A stretch of DNA of 64,000 bases, from positions 1,920,001 through 1,984,000 of the forward strand of contig OY821641.1 in NCBI GenBank assembly GCA_963555995.3, written 5' to 3'. This stretch comes from Vicinamibacteria bacterium (GTDB taxonomy: Bacteria; Acidobacteriota; Vicinamibacteria; Marinacidobacterales; Marinacidobacteraceae). Each line of letters starts with the position of its first letter. Positions within the stretch are counted from its first letter, which is position 1. Made by a program: the position numbers and the translations under genes. The notes below the pieces were generated by a model. That model did no database searches. It saw nothing but the letters and a program-made list of their open reading frames with translations, and was not told where the DNA came from. Below, piece after piece: positions 28,508-39,000 of the stretch.

Positions 28508-29746
28508 TTATCGTGCGGCCGGGGACCGCCGCCCGGACAGGAGGCGCGGCGCAGCCGCGCGGCCCACCGGATCCAGCCTCGCCAGGTGCTCCGCCAGCGA
28601 GCGCACGCTCGCCAGGTTGTTCACGGGAAGGAAGTCGTGGATGTGGGGCAGCGCGGCGGCCATCCCCCGGGTGAGCGGCTCGTAGCCCTCATCGGACAGC
28701 AGCGGATTCAGCCAGACCACGCGCCAGGCGAGTCCGCGGAGACGCTCCATTTCGGACGCCACCAGCGCCGGGTCGCCGCGGTCCCAGCCGTCGCTCACGA
28801 GGAGCACCACTGCGGCGGAGGTGGGCAGGCGCCGCGCCCATTCGAGGTTGAACCGGTGGAGGGCTTCGCCGATGCGGGTCCCGCCCGACCAGTCGCGCAC
28901 CGCTTCCGAGGCTTCCCGGAGGGCGCGGTCCACCCGCCGGTCGGCGAGCTTGCGGGTGATCCGGGTGAGCCGGGTGGCGAAGACGAACGCCTCCACCCGC
29001 CCGGGCGACCCGTGCGAGAGCCCGTAGAGGAAATGGAGCAGCACGCGGGCCGTCTGCTCCATGGATCCGCTCACGTCGGCGAGCACGATGAGCGGACGCG
29101 GCTTTTCCCGGCGCCGGCGGCGTTCGAGGCGCACCCACTCGCCGCCCGAGCGGAGCCCCCGCCGCAGCGTCCGGCGCAGATCCAGGTTCCGGTTGCCGCC
29201 GGGCCGGAACCGCACCACCCGGCGGCGGGCCGCCCGCCATCCGGCGTCCCGGATCAGCGCCCGCACTTCCCGCAGTTCGTCCTCGTCGAGGTCGGAGAAG
29301 TCGCGGTGCTCGAGGGACTCGCGGTCGCTCCAGGTGCGCCGGGCGAACGGATGCCGCGGCTGCTCGTCCGAGCCGGCATCCCTGCCGGGGGCGGCCGGCC
29401 GGAAGGTCGCCCGCCGGACCGGGGAGCGCTGCTTCCGGAGCGTCATCCCGGGGAGCCGGGCCCGGGTCCACCGTTCGGGCGGCGTTTCCCAGAAGAGCGC
29501 GAACGCGGCGTCGAAGAGTTCGAGGTCCTCGCGCCGGTGAGTGAGCAGCGCGCGGGCGGCGGCATGGAACTCCTCGCGCCGGAAGACCTCGATGAGCGGG
29601 AGCGCCTGCGCCAGATCCAGCATCCGGGCGGTCGAGACCGGGAGCCCGATCCCGCGCAGCAACCGCCCGAAGAGGGTGAGGTTCTGGAGGAGCGGCGGCA
29701 GCGCCCGCGAGTGGCCCGGTTCTCTGCCCGGAATCGCGGCGGTCAA
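28508..29746 (-). CDS. coxE: CoxE-like VWA-domain protein
   Basis: DLRRTLR, DVSGSM MIDAS, EAFVFATRLTRIT, DWSGGTRIG, SDGWDRG, WLNPL. Confidence 0.92.
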   Translation of the reverse strand: MTAAIPGREPGHSRALPPLLQNLTLFGRLLRGIGLPVSTARMLDLAQALPLIEVFRREEFHAAARALLTHRREDLELFDAAFALFWETPPERWTRARLPGMTLRKQRSPVRRATFRPAAPGRDAGSDEQPRHPFARRTWSDRESLEHRDFSDLDEDELREVRALIRDAGWRAARRRVVRFRPGGNRNLDLRRTLRRGLRSGGEWVRLERRRRREKPRPLIVLADVSGSMEQTARVLLHFLYGLSHGSPGRVEAFVFATRLTRITRKLADRRVDRALREASEAVRDWSGGTRIGEALHRFNLEWARRLPTSAAVVLLVSDGWDRGDPALVASEMERLRGLAWRVVWLNPLLSDEGYEPLTRGMAAALPHIHDFLPVNNLASVRSLAEHLARLDPVGRAAAPRLLSGRRSPAAR

Positions 29747-30654
29747 GAGACCCCGGCGGCCAGCCGGGTGAGGATCGCCCCCGCCCGTTCCCCGCGGACC
29801 ATCTCGAGGTCGTCGCGGTACTTGAGCAGCGCCCCCAGCGTGCGGTCCACGGCGGCCTCGTCGAGCGCGGTCCGTCCCAGCGAGGCCAGCGCCATGGTCC
29901 AGTCGAGGGTCTCCGAGACCCCCGGCCGTTTGAAGAGGTCCAGCTCCCGCAGTTCCTGGGCGAAGCGGGTCGCCTCGGCGGCCAGTTGCGCCGCCGCCTG
30001 GGGCACCCGCTCGCGGACGATCTCGAGTTCGCGTTCGTAGCTCGGATACGGAATCCAGTGGTAGAGGCAGCGCCGCTTGAGCGCGTCGTGCACCTCGCGG
30101 GTGCGGTTCGAGGTGAGGACCACCACGGGCGGAGCGGCCGCGCGCATGGTGCCGATCTCGGGAATCGTGATCTGGAAGTCGGAGAGGACCTCCAGCAGGT
30201 ACGCCTCGAACTCCTCGTCGCTGCGGTCCACCTCGTCAATGAGCAGCACCGGGCGGTTTTCCGGAGACGAGGTCTCGATGGCGTGCAGGAGCGGACGGCG
30301 CAACAGGAAGTCCGCGCCGAAGAGATCCTGCTGTTCCATCGCGCTCCCCCGGCTCTCCGCCAGCCGGATGGCCAGCATCTGCCGGGTGTAGTTCCACTCG
30401 TAGGCCGCCTGGGCGATGTCGAGCCCCTCGTAGCACTGGAGCCGGATCAGGGGCGCGCCCAGAACGGCCGCCGTGACCTTGGCGAGTTCCGTCTTCCCGA
30501 CGCCGGCCTCGCCCTCGAGGAAGAGGGGGCGCTCGAGGCGGAGGGCCAGAAAGAGCGCCGTGGCCAGCGCGCTGTCGGCGATATACCCCTGCCCCGCGAG
30601 TTCCCCGGTGAGTTCGGGGACCGAGGAGAGAGTCGCGGTTTCCGTCGCGGCCAA
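29743..30654 (-). CDS. coxD: CoxD-like MoxR AAA+ ATPase
   Basis: LEGEAGVGKT, RLQCYEGLD, YEWNY, LIDEVDRSDEEFEA, TSNRTREVHDALKRRC; TTG start inferred. Confidence 0.92.
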   Translation of the reverse strand: MAATETATLSSVPELTGELAGQGYIADSALATALFLALRLERPLFLEGEAGVGKTELAKVTAAVLGAPLIRLQCYEGLDIAQAAYEWNYTRQMLAIRLAESRGSAMEQQDLFGADFLLRRPLLHAIETSSPENRPVLLIDEVDRSDEEFEAYLLEVLSDFQITIPEIGTMRAAAPPVVVLTSNRTREVHDALKRRCLYHWIPYPSYERELEIVRERVPQAAAQLAAEATRFAQELRELDLFKRPGVSETLDWTMALASLGRTALDEAAVDRTLGALLKYRDDLEMVRGERAGAILTRLAAGVS

Positions 30655-30658
30655 TCGC

Positions 30659-31513
30659 TTAGGACGCGCGCTCCGCCGCGACGGCCAGCGCGCGCTTCGT
30701 GTACACCCCGGCGAGGTGGGCCCGGAACTCTCCGGAGGCGTAGAGATCGCCGAGCGGCTCGTCGAAGGCTTCACCGACGCACGCCGCGGCGGCTTCGATC
30801 CGGTCCGCGCTGGCCGGGCCGCCGCAGAGCGCGGCGGCCGCCGCATCGGCGGTCACCGCCTTTCCGGTCACCCCGTTGATGCCGATCGCACAGCTCGCGA
30901 CGTTGCCGCCGTCCATGCCGACGCAGGCGGCCACCCCGACCACGGCGTAGCTGGAGGCCGGATGGCGGTGCTTCAGGTAGGCGCCGCCCGCCGCGCACGG
31001 TACCCGCACCGAAGTGATCACCTCGTTGTCGGCCAGCGCCGTGGTCAGGATGTCCACGAAGAAGTCGGCAGCGGTGATCGTCCGTTCGCCGCCGGCCCCG
31101 ACCGCGGTGATCTCGGCCCCGAGCGCCAGCATCGCGGCGGGATAGTCGGCGCCCGGATCGGCGTGCGCCAGGCTGCCCCCGATCGTCCCCCGGTTCCGGA
31201 CCTGGATGTCCCCGATGGCGGCCGCCGTCTCGGCCAGCAGCGGGCATCCACTCCGGACCGCCGCCGAGTCGGCCACCGAGGCATGGGTGGCAAGCGCGCC
31301 GATGACCAGGTTGTCGCCGTCGGCGGCGATGTCGGCCAGCCCCGGAATCCGCCCGATGTCCACGAGCGCGGCCGGCTGCGCGGCGCGCAGCTTCATCGCC
31401 GGGATGAGGCTGTGCCCGCCGGCGACCAGTTTGGCGTCCGGAAGCGAGGAAAGCAGCTCCACCGCCTCGGCGACCGAAGCGGCGCGGTGGTAGTCGAACT
31501 GGTTCGGATACAT
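30659..31513 (-). CDS. coxM: Molybdenum hydroxylase FAD subunit (form II CoxM-like)
   Basis: [37 protein letters not shown]; SD GAGGAG before ATG 31513. Confidence 0.9.
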   Translation of the reverse strand: MYPNQFDYHRAASVAEAVELLSSLPDAKLVAGGHSLIPAMKLRAAQPAALVDIGRIPGLADIAADGDNLVIGALATHASVADSAAVRSGCPLLAETAAAIGDIQVRNRGTIGGSLAHADPGADYPAAMLALGAEITAVGAGGERTITAADFFVDILTTALADNEVITSVRVPCAAGGAYLKHRHPASSYAVVGVAACVGMDGGNVASCAIGINGVTGKAVTADAAAAALCGGPASADRIEAAAACVGEAFDEPLGDLYASGEFRAHLAGVYTKRALAVAAERAS

Positions 31514-31541
31514 CGAAGTCTCCTCTTTCGCTGCTCGAGGC

Positions 31542-33902
31542 TCAGGCGGCGGCGCGGGCCGCCTGGACGGCCCGCCAGATCCGCTCCGGGGTGAGCGGCA
31601 GCTCGATGTGGGTGACGCCCAGCGGGGCGAGCGCGTCGAGCACCGCGTTCGCAACCGCCGGAGTCGCCGCGATGGTGCCCATCTCGCCGGCGCCCTTGAC
31701 CCCGAGCGGGTTGTGGGGCGACGGGGTCTCGATGCGGTCCACCTCGATCCCCGGCAGGAGATCGGCGCGCGGCACCGCATATTCGAGCAGGCTGCCCGAC
31801 AGCAACTGCCCGTCGTCGGAGTACACCCCGTTCTCGGTGAGCGCCTGGCCCACCCCCTGGACGACGCCGCCCTGGATCTGGCCCTCCACGATCATCGGGT
31901 TGATCACCTTGCCGACGTCGTCCACCGCCACGTAGCGGAGCACCCGCACCTCCCAGGTGTCGCGACAGACCTCGACCTCGCAGATGTGCGAACTCGCCGG
32001 GAAGGTGAAGTTCGCCGGGTCGTAGAAGCTCGTGAAGTCGAGCCCCGGCTCCATGTCTTCCGGCAGGCTGTGCGCGGTGTAGGCGGCGAACGCCAGTTCG
32101 CCGAAGTCCTTGCCGCTGTCCGGCGAGCCCTTCACGTGGACCCGGCCGGTGTCCCGGTCATAGACCACGTCCTCCTCGGCGGCCTCGAGCAGGTGGGCCC
32201 CGATCCGCAGGACCTTGGCGCGCACCTTCTCGGAACTCCGCACGAGCGCCGAGCCGCCGACGCAGGCGCTCCGGCTGCCGTAGGTGCCCATCCCGAAGTT
32301 GATGCGGCCGGTGTCCCCGTGGACCACCTCCACGCTCTCGATGGGGACGCCGAGTTCGTCGGCGACCACCTGGGCGAGGGTGGTCTCGTGGCCCTGCCCG
32401 TGGGTGTGGGAGCCGGTGAAGACGCTGACCTGTCCGGTCGGATGGACCCGCACCTCACCGCTCTCCCAGAAACCCACCGCCGAACCGAGCGAGCCGGCCA
32501 CCGCTGAGGGCGCGGGGCCGCTGGCCTCGATGCAGCACACCACCCCGACGCCGCGCAGCTTGCCGTCGGCGCGCGCGTCGGCCTGCGCCGCGCGCATGCC
32601 GGCGTAGTCGGCGCGGTCGGCGGCGGTCGCCATCAGCCGGTCGTAGTCGCCGCTGTCGTAGAGGAACGCGACGGGGGTCTGGTAGGGGAAGTCCTCCTTG
32701 GGAATCGCGTTCTGGCGCCGCAGCTCCAGCGGATCCCGGCCCAGCCGGGTGGCCGCGAGGTCCACCAGGCGCTCGACGAGGTAGGCCGCCTCCGGCCGGC
32801 CCGCCCCCCGGTAGGCGTCCACAGGCACCGTGTTGGTGAGCGTGCCGTGCACCTTGCCGAACACTCCGGGCATCTTGTAGTTCCCGGAGAGCAGCGTGAT
32901 GTACAGCGCGGTCGGGATGAGGGGGGCGAAGGTCGAGAGGTAGGCCCCCTGGTTCGCCCAGGTCTCCACGTCGAGCCCGGTGAAGGTGCCGTCGCTCGTC
33001 ATGGCGAGCTTCGCCACCGTGACGTGGTCGCGTCCCTGCGAGTCCGTCATCTGGCTCTCGGTACGAGTGGCCACCCAGCGGGCGGGCCGCCCGACCTGGC
33101 GCGCCACCCACGGCACGATGACCTCCTCGGGGTAGTGGAAGATCTTGCTGCCGAACCCGCCGCCCACGTCGGGGGAGATCACCCGCAGCTTGCTCTCGGG
33201 AATCCCGAGGGTGAAGGCGGAGAGCAGCAGCCGGATCGGGTGCGGGTTCTGGCTGGTCGTCCACACCGTCATCTCTTCGGACGCCGCATCCCACTGCGCC
33301 GCCGCGGCCCGCGGTTCCATGGCCGTCGGGATGAGGCGCTGGTTCACCAGTTCGATCTCGACGACCTCGTCCGCCTCGGCGAACGCCTTGTCGCAGGCCT
33401 CCTGGTCACCGAGCGCCCAGTCGTAGGAGACGTTGTTCTCGATCTCGGCATGGACGAGGGGCGCGCCCTCGTCCGTGGCGCCGCGCGCGTCCACCACGGT
33501 CGGGAGGGGCTCGTAGTCCACCTCGATCGCCTCGACCGCATCGGCGGCGACGTAGGGATCCTCGGCGACCACCACCGCCACCGAATCCCCGACGTGGCAG
33601 ACCCGGTCGGTCACCACGATCGGCCGGTCCGGAACCTTGGTGTCCGGCACCAGCCAGCCGCAGGGAAGCGAGCCGCAGCCGCCGTCCTTGAAGTCCTGCC
33701 CGGTGAAGACGGCCAGCACGCCGTCCATGGCGCTCGCCGCCGAGGTGTCCATCCCGGTGATCCGAGCGTGGGCCTCGGGGCTGCGCTTGATGGCCACGTG
33801 CACCATGCCCGGAAGCTGGATGTTGGCGACGTAGCGTCCCTTGCCCTGGATGAAGCGGGGGTCTTCCACCCGCTTGACCGAAGTCCCTACGTAACGGCCC
33901 AT
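31542..33902 (-). CDS. coxL: Molybdenum hydroxylase large subunit, form II CoxL-like (true substrate uncertain)
   Basis: RVEDPRFI, PDVGGGFGSK, active-site loop AYRGAGR, HGQGHETT, GVKGAGE. Confidence 0.92.
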   Translation of the reverse strand: MGRYVGTSVKRVEDPRFIQGKGRYVANIQLPGMVHVAIKRSPEAHARITGMDTSAASAMDGVLAVFTGQDFKDGGCGSLPCGWLVPDTKVPDRPIVVTDRVCHVGDSVAVVVAEDPYVAADAVEAIEVDYEPLPTVVDARGATDEGAPLVHAEIENNVSYDWALGDQEACDKAFAEADEVVEIELVNQRLIPTAMEPRAAAAQWDAASEEMTVWTTSQNPHPIRLLLSAFTLGIPESKLRVISPDVGGGFGSKIFHYPEEVIVPWVARQVGRPARWVATRTESQMTDSQGRDHVTVAKLAMTSDGTFTGLDVETWANQGAYLSTFAPLIPTALYITLLSGNYKMPGVFGKVHGTLTNTVPVDAYRGAGRPEAAYLVERLVDLAATRLGRDPLELRRQNAIPKEDFPYQTPVAFLYDSGDYDRLMATAADRADYAGMRAAQADARADGKLRGVGVVCCIEASGPAPSAVAGSLGSAVGFWESGEVRVHPTGQVSVFTGSHTHGQGHETTLAQVVADELGVPIESVEVVHGDTGRINFGMGTYGSRSACVGGSALVRSSEKVRAKVLRIGAHLLEAAEEDVVYDRDTGRVHVKGSPDSGKDFGELAFAAYTAHSLPEDMEPGLDFTSFYDPANFTFPASSHICEVEVCRDTWEVRVLRYVAVDDVGKVINPMIVEGQIQGGVVQGVGQALTENGVYSDDGQLLSGSLLEYAVPRADLLPGIEVDRIETPSPHNPLGVKGAGEMGTIAATPAVANAVLDALAPLGVTHIELPLTPERIWRAVQAARAAA

Positions 33903-33945
33903 TGTCGTCCTCCTCCGATCCTCTGCTGGAAAGGCTCCAGCGTCC

Positions 33946-34416
33946 TCAACTCGCGCCGCGCGCGCCGGCCGCGACCACCGACTTCACGATGTTCTCGTAG
34001 CCGGTGCAGCGGCAGATGTTGCCTTCGAGTCCATGCCGGACCTCGGCGTCGCTGGCGTCCGGACTCCGTTCCAGGATCTCGACCGCCGTCATGATCATGC
34101 CCGGCGTACAGAAACCGCACTGCAGGCCGTGGTTGTCCCAGAACGCCTGCTGGATCGGATGGAGCCCGCCCTCGCCGGCCAGCCCCTCGATGGTGGTGAC
34201 CTCGCAGCCGTCCGCCTGCACGGCGAGGATGGTGCAGGACTTCACCGCCTTGCCATCCATCAGCACCGTGCACGACCCGCACTGCGAGGTGTCACACCCG
34301 ATGTTCGTTCCCGTGAGACCCAGCCGGTCCCGCAGCAGGTGGCAGAGCAGCAGCCGGGATTCGACCTCGTGCTCCTCGGCTTTTCCGTTGACGCTGATGC
34401 GAACAGGGTGGCTCAT
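33946..34416 (-). CDS. coxS: Molybdenum hydroxylase 2x[2Fe-2S] subunit (CoxS-like)
   Basis: [31 protein letters not shown]; SD GAGGAGG. Confidence 0.93.
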   Translation of the reverse strand: MSHPVRISVNGKAEEHEVESRLLLCHLLRDRLGLTGTNIGCDTSQCGSCTVLMDGKAVKSCTILAVQADGCEVTTIEGLAGEGGLHPIQQAFWDNHGLQCGFCTPGMIMTAVEILERSPDASDAEVRHGLEGNICRCTGYENIVKSVVAAGARGAS

Positions 34417-34564
34417 GGGGAGGTTCCTCCTCGCCGGGATCGGATCATCCAGACTCCCGAGAGTATCCGGGATCGGAGGCGGTCCGCAAGGGTCCCGAAG
34501 ACGCCCGGCGGAGGCCCGGCGCGGCGCGTTCCAGCGGCCTAGACTACGGCCCGAACGACCCGTC

Positions 34565-35557
34565 ATGCGCGCCGTCCCGATGCCAGCCGCCCTGATCGCC
34601 CTGCTGGCGGCGGCTTCGCTGACCGCCGGACAGCCCCCGGGTCAGCCGCCGCCGGAGCAGCCACCCGCCACCACGGAACGCGAGACGATCCTCGGAGATC
34701 GCTTCAGCTTCGTGGTGCGCGTCCCGAGCGTCACCCTCGACGTGGTGGTCGCCGACGACCGCGGGCGCTTCATTACGGGTCTCGGCCCCGACGATTTCGA
34801 GATCCTGGAGGACGGCGTCCCGCAGGAGATCCGCTTCTTCACCGCCGACCTGACCCCGGTGACCAGCCTGCTGCTGCTGGACACCTCCGCTTCGGTGCGC
34901 TCCAGCCTCTCGGCGATCCAGACGGCCGCCTACCTCTTCCTGCGCAATATGGCCACCGAAGATCAGGGACGGGTCGCCACCTTCGCCGAGGGGGTGCGCT
35001 TCGGCCCCCCGTACACCAGCGAGATCTGGAACCAGGTGGCCATGATCCGCGCCATGCGGCCGTTCGGCAAGACGGCGCTCTACGACGCCATCCTGACCAG
35101 CCTGCAGGAACTCTCGCGGGTCGAGGAGCGCAAGGCCCTCATCCTCGTCTCGGACGGCGAGGACTCCGGCCCCGACGCCAAGGGGAGCGTCAGCACCCGG
35201 GAGCAGGCCCTCGAAGGGGCGCGGCTCTCCGAAGGCGCCATCTACACGGTGGGCTACACCGGCTGGAGCCCCGAGGGCGGCGGGAAGCTGAACCGCGAGT
35301 TCCTCGACGACGTGGCGGAGCAGAGCGGCGGCCGGTCCTACTACCCCGAGAAGATCGAGGACCTCTCCCGGCACTTCCGGCAGATCCAGCACGAACTGCA
35401 CCGGCAGTACCAGATCGCCTACCTCCCCTCGCGCGACCGCAAGGAAGGCGGCTGGCGGAGCATCGAGGTCAAGATCCGGGACCGGGACGACCTGGTCGCC
35501 CGCACCCGCAAGGGCTACTACGCCGCCCCCGAGACCGACACCGGCGCCTCGCGGTAG
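34565..35557 (+). CDS. Secreted VWA-domain protein (Acidobacterial VWFA-related, TIGR03436-like)
   Basis: Signal peptide, [66 protein letters not shown]. Confidence 0.85.
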   Translation: MRAVPMPAALIALLAAASLTAGQPPGQPPPEQPPATTERETILGDRFSFVVRVPSVTLDVVVADDRGRFITGLGPDDFEILEDGVPQEIRFFTADLTPVTSLLLLDTSASVRSSLSAIQTAAYLFLRNMATEDQGRVATFAEGVRFGPPYTSEIWNQVAMIRAMRPFGKTALYDAILTSLQELSRVEERKALILVSDGEDSGPDAKGSVSTREQALEGARLSEGAIYTVGYTGWSPEGGGKLNREFLDDVAEQSGGRSYYPEKIEDLSRHFRQIQHELHRQYQIAYLPSRDRKEGGWRSIEVKIRDRDDLVARTRKGYYAAPETDTGASR

Positions 35558-35592
35558 AAACCGCGGGCCGCTTCTCCCGTTCGCGGCCTTCA

Positions 35593-35861
35593 CAGCCTGT
35601 GGATAAAGTGACGGGAGCACCGAGAACGCCGAGGCACCCGGCTGACAAGGCGCGTGAGGGAGGAATACCGAGTGTATTCCGACCGAAACGCAACGTAGAG
35701 CGCCTCGTAGAGGCGCGGTTCAGGCGGGATGCATCGGCGTTCGCGTCGTCAGCGGGGCGTGAGCCCCGCGCAGACCCCGGAGCGAGAGGGATAGGGGACG
35801 GGTTCACCCGGCTCCTATCCCTCTTGGCTCGGGAATGCCGCGTGACTTTGTCCACAGGCTG
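35593..35861. mobile_element. Non-autonomous MITE-like element, 269 bp
   Basis: 21-bp TIRs CAGCCTGTGGATAAAGTGACG / CGTGACTTTGTCCACAGGCTG (2 mismatches); TTCA on both flanks (35589-35592, 35862-35865); internal hairpins; no credible ORF. Confidence 0.75.
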
Positions 35862-36040
35862 TTCAGACCAGCACCTCCGCCACCGGCGCGCGGCCGGGCG
35901 CGGAACGTGTTCCCCGGGCCGGAAAGCCTGTTCACCACGAGGGGGTCCATCTCACGATCCTGCGTGGCTGTACAATGCTGGCATCGAATTTGTTGGAATA
36001 CACGCGTGACGTGAGGACACGGATCATCAGGAGGGCGTGG

Positions 36041-39000
36041 GTGGCTCTGCCGTCGTTCCATCGGGCGAGGAAACCGCACCTGTCCAAAGAGCAGCACCGC
36101 CGGAGCGTTGCCCGCCGGGTCGGCGACTCTCCGGTTCGAACGCGGCGGATCTCCAGGGGCGCACTCGTGGTCGCCAGCCTGGCCACGCTCGCGGCGGCTC
36201 CTTCCGCTCCTGCGGAGCCGGTCGAGGGGACGCATCTCTTCACCATCGAGGTCACCGGAACGCCGGAAGGCCTGTTGGGAGCGGCCGGCGTCCGGATGCG
36301 CGACGCCACGAACGCCGAGCTCGTTCTCGACGTCATCGAGCACGTCCACTTCCTCGCGCGCTCACCCGACGGGGTGGAGTTCTACGCGGAAACCATCGCG
36401 GCCTTTCTGAACGAGTGGCGCCGGGCGCGCCGCCGGGACGGCTCCGTGAGCCTTGAAGCCGCCCAGGAGGATTCCCGAGCCCGCGACCGGCTGGAAGAGT
36501 TCCTCGAGATGGCCGGATTCCTCCTGTTGCGCAACTCCGGCCGGCTCTTCGTTCGCCCCGATCCCGACGGCGACGCGAAGGCGCGGCGTGAGGCGCTCGC
36601 CGCCGCAGGTTTTCCGACCACCGATCTGGACGTCCGCATGAACGAGGGAGAGGCGATCGCCATCGAACCGCTGTCGTTCGAGATTCCGTCGCCGCTCCCG
36701 GCCGAGGTGTGGCGGAACGCGATCTTCGATCGCCCGGTCGCGGGAGAACGCCTTGCCTTTCGTCTGCTGACCGACCGGCGGGCCGCGTTCCTCTACTACG
36801 GCCTGCTCTCCATGGCGCCGGAGACGGTGCGGTTCCTCGCCGGGGATACCGAACTGCTCCGGGAGCTCTACGAACGCGACGCCAGCGCCTTCGCCGCCTA
36901 CGGGCGCAGTCTCGTCGTGGTGAACGGCCGGGTCCGGACACCCGGCGCGGGGGCGGCGTCCATCCTGTGGCAACGGTTGGTGGGAGAACCCATAGACAGG
37001 CCGGGCGAGTTCTTCAAGGCGGTCCTCCGCCACGACGACGGCCCCTTTCCGTTCCTGTACGACGCGATCGCTTCCCTCGACGCGCCGCAGCAGCGCTTCG
37101 CGCTCGGCGTCGGGTTGGAAGACCGGGACCAGCGTCGGGCCTTCGCGCGGCTCCACGAGGTCATTGCGGCGAACCTGGTGTTTTCGCCCGGCACTCCGTG
37201 GCCCCGCGGATTCCCCGACCCCTCCGTCCTGCTCTCACAGGTTCGGGCCGATGATTCCGGGCAGCCCTCGGGACCCGCCTGGGAGGACCTCTGGGAAGAG
37301 GCGCTCGACGGAATCGAACTGCCGCAAAACGCCATCCGGGATGTCCGGGGCGCCGACCGGAGTGATCCCATCGAAGCTTCCCGGCTCGCCGACCGGGTAT
37401 TCCGGGAACCCCAGTGGGCCGCCGCCCGCATGGCCGCCTTCCTCTTCGCCCAGCGACGTTTCACCGGTGTGGAAACCCACGATCTGCGCCACGTGCTGAC
37501 CACCCTCCGCGGCTTCCCTCTCTTCCAGAGCCTCGTGTCCACGCTCGACCGGATGGGCGTCCAATCGCCGAGGACCTACGCGACGGCCGTGACCCACGCG
37601 GCGAGTCTCAACCGATTGGAGGAACCGGAGGACGTGAGGGATGCCCTGTCGCAGTTCCAGGGCGTGGTCGCCCTGCTGGACCGCCTGCGGCACGTGCGAT
37701 CGCTGTCGGAGGATGCCGTCGCCGACCTCTCCGCATCCGCCGTTGCGGTTCGCCTGCACGAAACCCGCGGTTACGAAGGCCGGATGGCCGGCTGGGTCGC
37801 CCGCACGCTGCTTCCCGCCCTCGGCGCCGACCCGCCGGCCGGGGACTCGGGAGACTCGAGCCTCACGGATCCGGCGGCGGCGACGGCCGCGGGCGATGCG
37901 CCCGCACCCCGGGAGAGTCTCGTCCTCAGGGCCCTCGCGGGCTCCCTCGAAGACGAGGGTAGGAGCCAGCGGGCGACCACCACCTGGGAAGGGTTCTCGT
38001 ATGTCGCCGATCTCCGCGGGGCCGCCCTGACCCGCCTCCTCGAGGCCCGGCAATCGCAATCCGGAGCTTCGCTGGACACCGCACTCGACCTCTGGGCCAT
38101 TGCGGACGCACTCGCCGCCGGCCCCCGGAGCGTCGAAGAGGTCCAGGGGTTGGTGGAACGCCTCCGCTCGGTCGCGAGCGCCCTGCCCGCGCGCGAGGGG
38201 CCCGTCGGGCCGGTGATCGTCTCCCACTACCTCGGGCGGGTGTACTCGGACCTCGAACGCATCCGGCGTCCGGATGATGTTTCCCGCCACGCCCCCGAGG
38301 CCGCCGGACGGCTCCTGCGTCTTTCGGACGCCGTACTGGGCGATGTGCTCCGCGCCCTGGTGTATGCCGCCTACCTCGGCGACCCCCGAAGCGGCGTCCT
38401 CGGAAGCGGCGATCTTTCCGTGCGGCACGATTTCGGCGGTTCCGCCCTGGACCCGGCCTCCCGCAACTCGTTGCGCACGACGCCGTGGCGGTATCCGGAG
38501 GCGCGCACGCTCCCGGACCGGCCCTGGTACGCGGAAGGGGCGCTGCTCGGCCTCGATTTCGCCACCGCCGACCTCCGCCTCCAGCAGATCATGACCGACC
38601 GGCCTCCCGAAGCGTCGCCGCTGGCGAGCTTCGAGCGGGACGGCCTGGCCGCCTCCGTCGCGCTCTTCAACCCGTTCGCACGCACCGAAGCGGAAATCCA
38701 CGAAATCGCCGAAGCGGTGGGAGCAGGCCGCCGCCGGCTGGACGAGCTCGCCGAGTCCCCTGGGGACGCGCTGGCGGTCGCGACGGCCGCGGGCCTCGGC
38801 GGATTCCGCCGCTCACTCTTTCTGTGGATTGCGAGCCGCGAGCCCGAACGGCTCGGCGAGTGGCTGTCCGTGAGGGAACTCCTGTGGCTCGGCTTGCAGG
38901 AGGCCGGCGCGGACGACGGCGACAGCAGCCGGGCGGCCGAGCGCCTGAGCGGATGGGGCGCCTTTGCCGGACGGATTGATGGCTGTCTGTGTCTCCGCCT

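Noticed and set aside
31542-33902. A second true CO dehydrogenase
   Set aside because: The active-site loop is AYRGAGR without the Cu-ligating Cys and the order is S-L-M; CO oxidation cannot be claimed
35598-35856. Two DnaA boxes suggesting a replication origin
   Set aside because: Only two boxes, no AT-rich unwinding element and no dnaA/dnaN/gidA nearby; the boxes sit inside TIRs flanked by a target duplication
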